From: Octopus vulgaris
Lineage: Eukaryota
Direction of reading: 5' to 3'
Assembly (NCBI GenBank): GCA_951406725.2
Contig: OX597814.1
Location: forward strand, 132,742,001 to 132,806,000
Length of the DNA stretch: 64,000 bases
Of this stretch, positions 56,930 through 64,000 are shown piece after piece (within the stretch, counting starts at the first letter, position 1; every line of letters starts with the position of its first letter). A model generated the notes under the pieces. The model did not search any database and had not been told where the DNA came from. It saw only the letters and a list, made by a program, of their open reading frames with translations. The translations under genes and the position numbers were made by a program.

Positions 56930-57290
56930 ATTGCCATCTATTTTCAGTTTCATTCGTTTTCAAATTTTTGTATAGTGCATTATCTTTGCAATCTTTCATC
57001 CTACATAAGCCTGACCTTCCTACTTCAATATAAGCGTTTCTGTGGCATTTTTCACATACCATGCTATGCTGTTTTCTTCTGCTCTAATGTTCTGTTCGCA
57101 TCCAATAAGTCCTCTTCCCCCTCTTTTTCTTCGTACATACAGTCTGTCTGTGTCACTTTTTGGGTGGAGTGACCCATATCTAGTTAGCAACTTCCTTATC
57201 TATCTGTCTAAGTTGTTTAGTTCGTCTACTATCCATGCGGTTACCCCTGTACCACATCTAAGGAATGAAACCGCCCAGGTGTGTGTGTGT
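56930..57290 (-). mobile_element. R4/Dong-like non-LTR retrotransposon internal fragment
   Basis: HTWAVSFLRCGTGVTAWIVDELNNLDR*IRKLLTRYGSLHPKSDTDRLYVRRKRGGRGLIGCEQNIRAEENSIAWYV. Confidence 0.87.
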
Positions 57291-58368
57291 AATATACACA
57301 CACATATACTGATATTCACGTCGTTGAATTTTTCAATTTCTGAATTCAGTTGTGTTGTTGCAATAAAAGGTGTGTTTACGCATCTGGGTAATATATTAAA
57401 GTTTTTTAAATTTTCTTGAGATGTTCGTTTGTCCGTCCAGTTGGAGTAGGACTTTTGCAATGAAAAGGATGTTTACCTTTTCGAATACTCAGGGAGAGTA
57501 AAAAAGAAAAGAAAACCAGTTGTAGATAGTGAATTTTAAAGATTTACTAAATATGGTCTTTTGTATGATCGCACAGAAATGAGAGAGGAAAGCATAAGTC
57601 GTCACACATTAGTTGGTAGATATTAAAGATTATTTTTGCTTTTCAAAGCTTATCTTTTTTGTGAGTTCGAAAACTGTAGGTATGTAAGTTTCCTAACTTA
57701 TTTTATTTCACAGGAAATTGTAGATATCCCAGTCTTTGGGAATATTAGGAGGAAGAGATGTTCACCTTGTTGGATTTTTGAATTTGCGAATTTCTTTTTC
57801 TTTTTCTTTCGGAATTTTTCTTTTCTTTTTAAAAGCTTTGCTGTGACTTACAGTTTTTGTAGTTGTGCAATATGTATATATTGGGAGCTGCTTACTACCT
57901 TAATTTTTTTTATCGTGTATTTAATTGTGTTGTTACAATAAAAGGCATGGCTACATATTCTGTTAGTCAGGGAAGAAGGGAAGACAAAATGTTCACACAA
58001 AATTGGAGATATTAAAGTTTCTAAATTGTTTGAGGTGTTAGTTTGCATGTCCAAAGCTGTAGATATGTAAGTTCCTTAACTTATTTTGGGGGAAGTTCAA
58101 ACTACTCACAGAAAACTCACAGATATTTTAGATTTATCTTTTCAGCTGTCCTGTTGGGTTGTATTAGTGTTTCAGTATCTTCAGCAGCTGACAGGTCAGA
58201 GCAGCGAAGAACACGTCCAGCTTCTGTCATGTCTAAAAGTCAGTGCATTATTATTTTTTTTCTTCTTTCTTCAAATTTTCTTCCGTTTCTCGCCGAGTGT
58301 TTTCCACACACCTAGGGCAGAGAAGCTCATTGTATGCATTCCCAGATTACACACGCAAATTCACAGAT

Positions 58369-58415
<47 letters not shown>

Positions 58416-58429
58416 TATTATTATTATTA

Positions 58430-58606
58430 GGGAGACAGCAGTGCATGCTATCAAAGTGATACTGGGGTAAATTATACGAAGCCCAGTATACCCATCATGA
58501 GTACCCGTGTCATAAAGGTATATCAGGCATATGTTTCATAACCATGTGCGCATCATGGTGTTCACATATGAAGATAAAGAGCGCATGACCTTGCAGATGG
58601 GGCCCA
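58430..58606 (-). mobile_element. Truncated copy of TAA-associated non-coding element X
   Basis: Matches 60710-60864 only; flanked by (ATT)n/(ATC)n. Confidence 0.82.
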
Positions 58607-58626
58607 TTATCATTACTATTATTATA

Positions 58627-59122
58627 AGTGAGAGAGCAGTGCATGAAGTATATACCAGGTACATACTTCATAGCCATATATGCGTGATATGGTGTTCATA
58701 TATGAAAATAAAGAGCGCATGGCCTTGCAGATGGGGCCCAGTTAGAATTTTCTTCGAGTCGAGTAGCCGATTCCGCTCAAAAGGTCCCTGAATAAGGGTT
58801 GTTTAAGGAACACCCATGTTTGAACGAAACGACCATGTTTCCAGAAGTGAATTACTCAAACTCCAAAGAGCTCCTCTCAACACCTGGCTATGATGCTCCC
58901 CATGACTTCTGCTCGTGATCCGAGATGCACATATCGTTAGCTACCAAGGGATATGCTCAACTGGTTAAGGTCAAACAACTGACAAGCAGATCTGTGGCAT
59001 TGTGCAGAATATTTGCTGCAGCCCATCTTTTATGCCAAGGTAAAACAATGTATATGATAAAACTTCCACTCAGTTAAGATCAGAAGCCAGGAGAGCCACT
59101 GCCTGGTACAGCATCAGGGCAT
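58627..59122 (-). mobile_element. TAA-associated non-coding element X (internally deleted)
   Basis: Colinear with 60710-61239, sharing both ends (agtgagagagcagt ... gcatcagggcat). Confidence 0.88.
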
Positions 59123-59176
59123 TTATTATTATTATTATTATTATTATTTATTATTATTATTATTTATTATTATTAT

Positions 59177-59583
59177 CATTCAGTAGTCTTATTTTTATAG
59201 CGTGCTTTCACTTCACTACCGAGCGCAGCTCTGTGTGCCTTGGGTATGTGCTGTGATTTGTTGTGATGCTCTGATGGTTATTGTATGGAAAGTGTTCTGC
59301 GTAGGATGTGTGCAGTGCCTAGTAGTGCAATTTTCTGTATGTTATATGTGTTTGTAAGTCCTGGTGTTTTTGTTATGTATTTGTCTGAATATTTTTTTAT
59401 CATGCCTAATGCACCTACTATGATAGGAATTGTTTCTGTTTTCAGATTCCACATTCTAGTTACCTCTATTTCCAGGTCTTTGTATTTTGAGAGTTTCTCC
59501 ATTTCTTTTAGAGACACGTTGTCATCTGCCGGTATTGATACATCAATTAGAAAGCATTTTTTTCCTTCATGATCGCTGACAAC

Positions 59584-59585
<2 letters not shown>
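59177..59585 (-). mobile_element. 5'-truncated Dong/R4-like non-LTR retrotransposon in (TAA)n: RLE C-terminus plus 3'UTR
   Basis: IVVSDHEGKKCFLIDVSIPADDNVSLKEMEKLSKYKDLEIEVTRMWNLKTETIPIIVGALG..IQKIALLGTAHILRRTL* (PD-(D/E)xK restriction-like endonuclease). TAA repeats on both sides; TAA is the known Dong target. Confidence 0.92.
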
Positions 59586-59631
<46 letters not shown>

Positions 59632-59873
59632 TATTAATTTTATTATTTATTATTATTATTATTATTATTTATTATTATTATTATTATTATTTATTATTAT
59701 TATTATTATTTATTATTATTTATTATTATTATTATTTATTATTATTAATATTTATTGTTATTTATTATTATTATTATTTATTATTATTATTATTATTATT
59801 ATTTATTATTTATTATTATTTATTATTTATTATTATTTATTATTTATTATTATTTATTATTTATTATTATTTA

Positions 59874-59904
<31 letters not shown>

Positions 59905-59931
59905 CTTATTATTATTTTATTATTATTATTA

Positions 59932-59991
<60 letters not shown>

Positions 59992-60232
59992 TATTATTTT
60001 TATTTACTATTTCTTATTATTTTTATTTATTATCTTTATATTATTATTTATTATTATTATTTATTATTTTTATAATATTAATTATTATTATTTATTATCA
60101 TTATTTTGTATTATTATTATTATTATTATCATTATTTTATATTATTATTTATTATTATTATTATTATTTATTATTATTATTTATTATTATATTATTATTA
60201 ATTATTATTATTATTATTTATTATTATTATTA

Positions 60233-60279
<47 letters not shown>

Positions 60280-60285
60280 TTATTA

Positions 60286-60325
<40 letters not shown>

Positions 60326-60415
60326 ATTTATTATTATTTATTATTATTAATTATTTTATTAATTATTATTAATTATTATTATTATTATTATTATTAATTA
60401 TCATTATTTTATTTA

Positions 60416-60455
<40 letters not shown>

Positions 60456-60510
60456 TTATTATTTATTATTATTTTGTATTATTATTAATTATTATTATTT
60501 ATTATTATTA

Positions 60511-60546
<36 letters not shown>

Positions 60547-60709
60547 TAATATTATTTTTATTTATTATTATTACTTATTATTATTATATATTATCATTAT
60601 ATTATTATTAATTATTATTATTTATTATTATCATTATTATTATTAATTATCATTATTTTGTATTATTATTATTATTATTATTATTATCATTATTATTATT
60701 ATTATTATT
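59586..60709. repeat. ~1.1 kb degenerate (ATT)n array
   Basis: Directly visible; many 1-bp slips. Confidence 0.96.
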
Positions 60710-61239
60710 GAGTGAGAGAGCAGTAAAATATACAAAGCCCAGCATACCCATCATGACTATCCGTCTGATAAGGGTACACCAGGCACATGCATCACAACCA
60801 TATGTGCGCGACATGGTGATCTCATATCAAGATAAAGAGCACATGACCTTGCAGGTGGGACCCAGTTAGAATTTTCTTCAGGTCGAGTAGCCCATCCTGC
60901 TCAAAAGGTCCCTGAATAAGGGTTGCTTTAGGATGCTGAACGAAACATACATGTTTCCAGAGGTGAATAACTCAAACTCTAAAGAATCCCTCTCAACACA
61001 TGGCTATGATGCTCCCCCACTACTTCTGCTCGTGATCAGAGATGCACGTATTGTCAGCCACTAAGGGACATGCTCAACTGGTTAAGGTCAAACAACTGAG
61101 AAGCAAATCTGTGGTATTGAGCAGAATATTTGCTGTAGCCCATCTTTTATACCAAGACAAAACAATGTACATGATAACACTTCCATTCAGTTAAGATCAG
61201 AAGCCATGAGAGCCACTGCCTGGTACTGCATCAGGGCAT
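60710..61239 (-). mobile_element. TAA-associated non-coding element X (near full length, ~530 bp)
   Basis: Flanked by (ATT)n; homologous to 58627-59122; no ORF. Confidence 0.88.
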
Positions 61240-61296
61240 TTATTATAATAATAATAATTATTATTATTATTATTATTTTTATTATTTTAATTATCA

Positions 61297-61382
<86 letters not shown>

Positions 61383-61448
61383 TATTTTTATTATCATTAT
61401 TTATTATTAATATTTATTATTATTATTATCATTATTTATTATTAATAT

Positions 61449-61513
<65 letters not shown>

Positions 61514-61519
<6 letters not shown>

Positions 61520-61713
61520 TAGTTTTATTTTTATAGCGTGCTTTCACTTCACTACCGAGAGCAGCTCTGTGTGCCTTGGGTATATGCTGTGATTTGTTGT
61601 AATGCTCTGATGGTTATTGTATGGAAAGTGTTCTGCGTAGGATGTGTGCAATTTTCTGTATGTTATATGTGTTTGTAAGTCTTGATGTTTTTGTTATGTA
61701 TTTGTCTGAATAT
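61514..61713 (-). mobile_element. Second, shorter Dong/R4-like 3' end
   Basis: Near-identical to 59177-59392 apart from a small deletion; in (TAA)n. Confidence 0.9.
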
Positions 61714-61751
61714 TATTATTATTATCATTATTATTATTAGTATAATTATTA

Positions 61752-61836
<85 letters not shown>

Positions 61837-62847
61837 GGTGAGCTGGCAGAATCGTTATTGCTCCGTATCAATAGCAGCATCAGCCACAGCAGCAGTAGCA
61901 GCAACAACAAGACTAAAGCGTCAGTTATCGATTTAGTTTCAGTGATATTATCCTACATGACCCTCGTGGGCCTTCAGTGAAAGTTAAATCTAAATTCTTA
62001 GATTTACTAAGTGAGCAGACAAAACTTCTTAAGAGATTTAGGAATATTCAGTATAGTCTTTAATTTAAAATAATATCAATAATTCTATCACTGTATTGGT
62101 AAATTATTTTCGATTATGCTTGTAAAAATAATAGAAATATATCTTAGAAGTTTATCAATTCTAAAACTTCTTTGTCTCATATTAGCTTTTAATGTTATAT
62201 CCAGTGAACTAGCACTTATGCCACAATGCATTTGCATGTAATAATAATGTCAGTGTGTTTTCTATTTCTTTTTACAGAGAATGTCATCTCTTACCGGTTG
62301 CTTGAGCAACAAAAGAAATGTGTTTACTGTTATGATCACCTTGTTTTGTTTACTTGCCATTTAATCAATATTTCTGCAAAGCATTCAGATCCATCACTTT
62401 GAATATGCCGGCTCTCTTTCGCTTACGTACTGACGTAAGATCTATCACATCAAAATACTTCTTAATGCATAGATTACTTAGAATAACAATGTAACAAATG
62501 AAATCCTCACATTTAAGTACATTTATTTAGAATCCAACGGAGCAGCAGAGCTTCTAATTTGTTCATTTGATTTGCTAGAAATAACAATTGAAACGTTATC
62601 TTATTTCACCACCCAAATGGGCGTGTGCGCACTAGATAATTTTGTCTAGATTTATTATATCTTAATGAAATAGCGAACGCTTAGAAATGGTAGCCTTTAG
62701 CTCATAAGTCTGCTCTATAATTACTGATTTGTGAGCTCTAAGCAACAAGAACAAGGACTATAAGTACTCTTTAGCTTGCTGAGTTAAAATATTGCTGCTA
62801 TAAACATGGTATTATTTTTATTCGTATAACCTAGATTTAGGCATTGG

Positions 62848-63050
62848 TTTCAAAATTTGGCACCAAGCCAGCAATATAGGAGTGGGTGTCAGTTGATTAC
62901 ATCGACTCCAGTGTTCAACTGGTACTTATTTTATCGATCCCGAAAGGATAAAAGGCAAGGTCGACCGCAGCAGAATTTGAAATCATAACGTAAAATCAAA
63001 CGATATGTCGCTAAATATCTCGGCCGGCCTACTAACGATTCTGCCAGCAT
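62848..63050 (-). mobile_element. tRNA-derived SINE, family A
   Basis: actggtacttattttatcgatcccgaaaggataaaaggcaaggtcgacc..ctaacgattctgccagc. Confidence 0.87.
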
Positions 63051-63584
63051 TTAGATATAAATTTTAGACCAAGTTTTAGATATAAAAGATTAACTAGGCG
63101 AGCACATTCTTGTTAATCAGTTTCGTATTCTTCCTCGCATTGATATACTAAATGCTGCAACTGTATAGGTGTAATGTTTTACAAATATGGCATGCTCCTT
63201 AATCTGAACTCAATGCACTTCTTAGAACTTTTTAGTAAGAGTTTTGACACAAGTGTATCATAATACAAACATTTGTGACTTAATGTCATATAACATAATA
63301 CTATGTATATAACTTTTGACCTTTGACCATGCTGCTAAGCACACTGAATTCCTCACTAATAGTTGGTTGAATATATCCTCTCTGTGATTATGGCTGTGTT
63401 GTCTCCATGTCAAATATACAACCCACTTAAGAATTCTTCTGTTGTATTGCACACTCCACATTCCTTCTTCTCCAAACATTCAGTTATGTTTAAATATTTA
63501 TTAACCTTCACTTGCCCCAAGCTCTGGGTGTGATCCAGTAGGTATTTGTGTCAGACACAAGATGATGATGATGATGATACAGAC

Positions 63585-63708
63585 AAACAGACTGATCAGA
63601 GAGCAGTATCAAAGAACTAAGACAAAAAACATGTCCGTTAATTGATATGATTGTGCCTCCTGACAGAAACATCCTAGGAAAAGAATTTGAAAAACGGTCG
63701 AAGTACTT
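63585..63708 (+). mobile_element. R4/Dong-like RLE fragment
   Basis: KELRQKTCPLIDMIVPPDRNILGKEFEKRSKY, homologous to KKCFLIDVSIPADDNVSLKEMEKLSKY at 59.5 kb. Confidence 0.75.
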
Positions 63709-63842
63709 CATTGGTACTCTGCGTTATCACTCTTCGGAAAGATGAAAGTCAAAGTTGACCTCTGTGGGTTTTGAACTCAAAATGTAAAATGCCGGAACGA
63801 ATGCCGCAACGAAGAAAATGAACAGTAGCAGCCAGCAACAGC

Positions 63843-63899
63843 GGTAGTAGTAGTAGTAGTAGTAAACTACTGCTGCTGCTGCTGCTACTACTACTACTG

Positions 63900-63976
<77 letters not shown>

Positions 63977-63990
63977 GTAGTAGTAGTTAT
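63843..63990. repeat. (GTA)n / (CTG)n / (CTA)n compound microsatellite
   Basis: Directly visible. Confidence 0.93.
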
Positions 63991-64000
63991 AGCAGTCGTG

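Noticed and set aside
56700-57062. GIY-YIG-like ORF (CEKCHRNAYIEVGRS)
   Set aside because: The adjacent frame gives a clear R4/Dong HPKSDTDRLY..GGRGL motif; the resemblance arises at a frameshift.
59586-60709. Coded information in the irregular ATT array
   Set aside because: Irregularities are 1-bp slips consistent with repeat decay or long-read error.
60905-60965. Hammerhead in element X (CTGAATAAGGG...GAAAC..GTTTC)
   Set aside because: Core is not CUGANGA and there is no coherent stem I or II.

Overview
AT-rich, microsatellite-saturated animal genomic DNA. The SINE families look like those I remember from Octopus (inference, not database-checked). The only host-gene sequence I can support is the first coding exon of an SLC6 amino-acid transporter on the minus strand (CDS 4714-5014, in an exon probably spanning 4714-5467). 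Everything else is intronic or upstream sequence. It is filled with a full-length dead mariner, tRNA-derived SINEs, R4/Dong-like and CRE-like non-LTR relics, a Penelope-like element (PLE) relic and simple repeats. The most interesting signal is a set of short non-coding retroelements carrying minimal type-I hammerhead ribozyme (HHR) motifs with palindromic stem III (about 2.7, 12.3, 28.7, 38.5 and 53.2 kb). One is a tRNA-headed SINE with an HHR tail. Several (TA)n-embedded elements end in fold-back hairpins, and there is a ~195-bp-arm near-perfect palindrome at 42.5-42.9 kb. All structures and alignments were read by eye and need computational confirmation.
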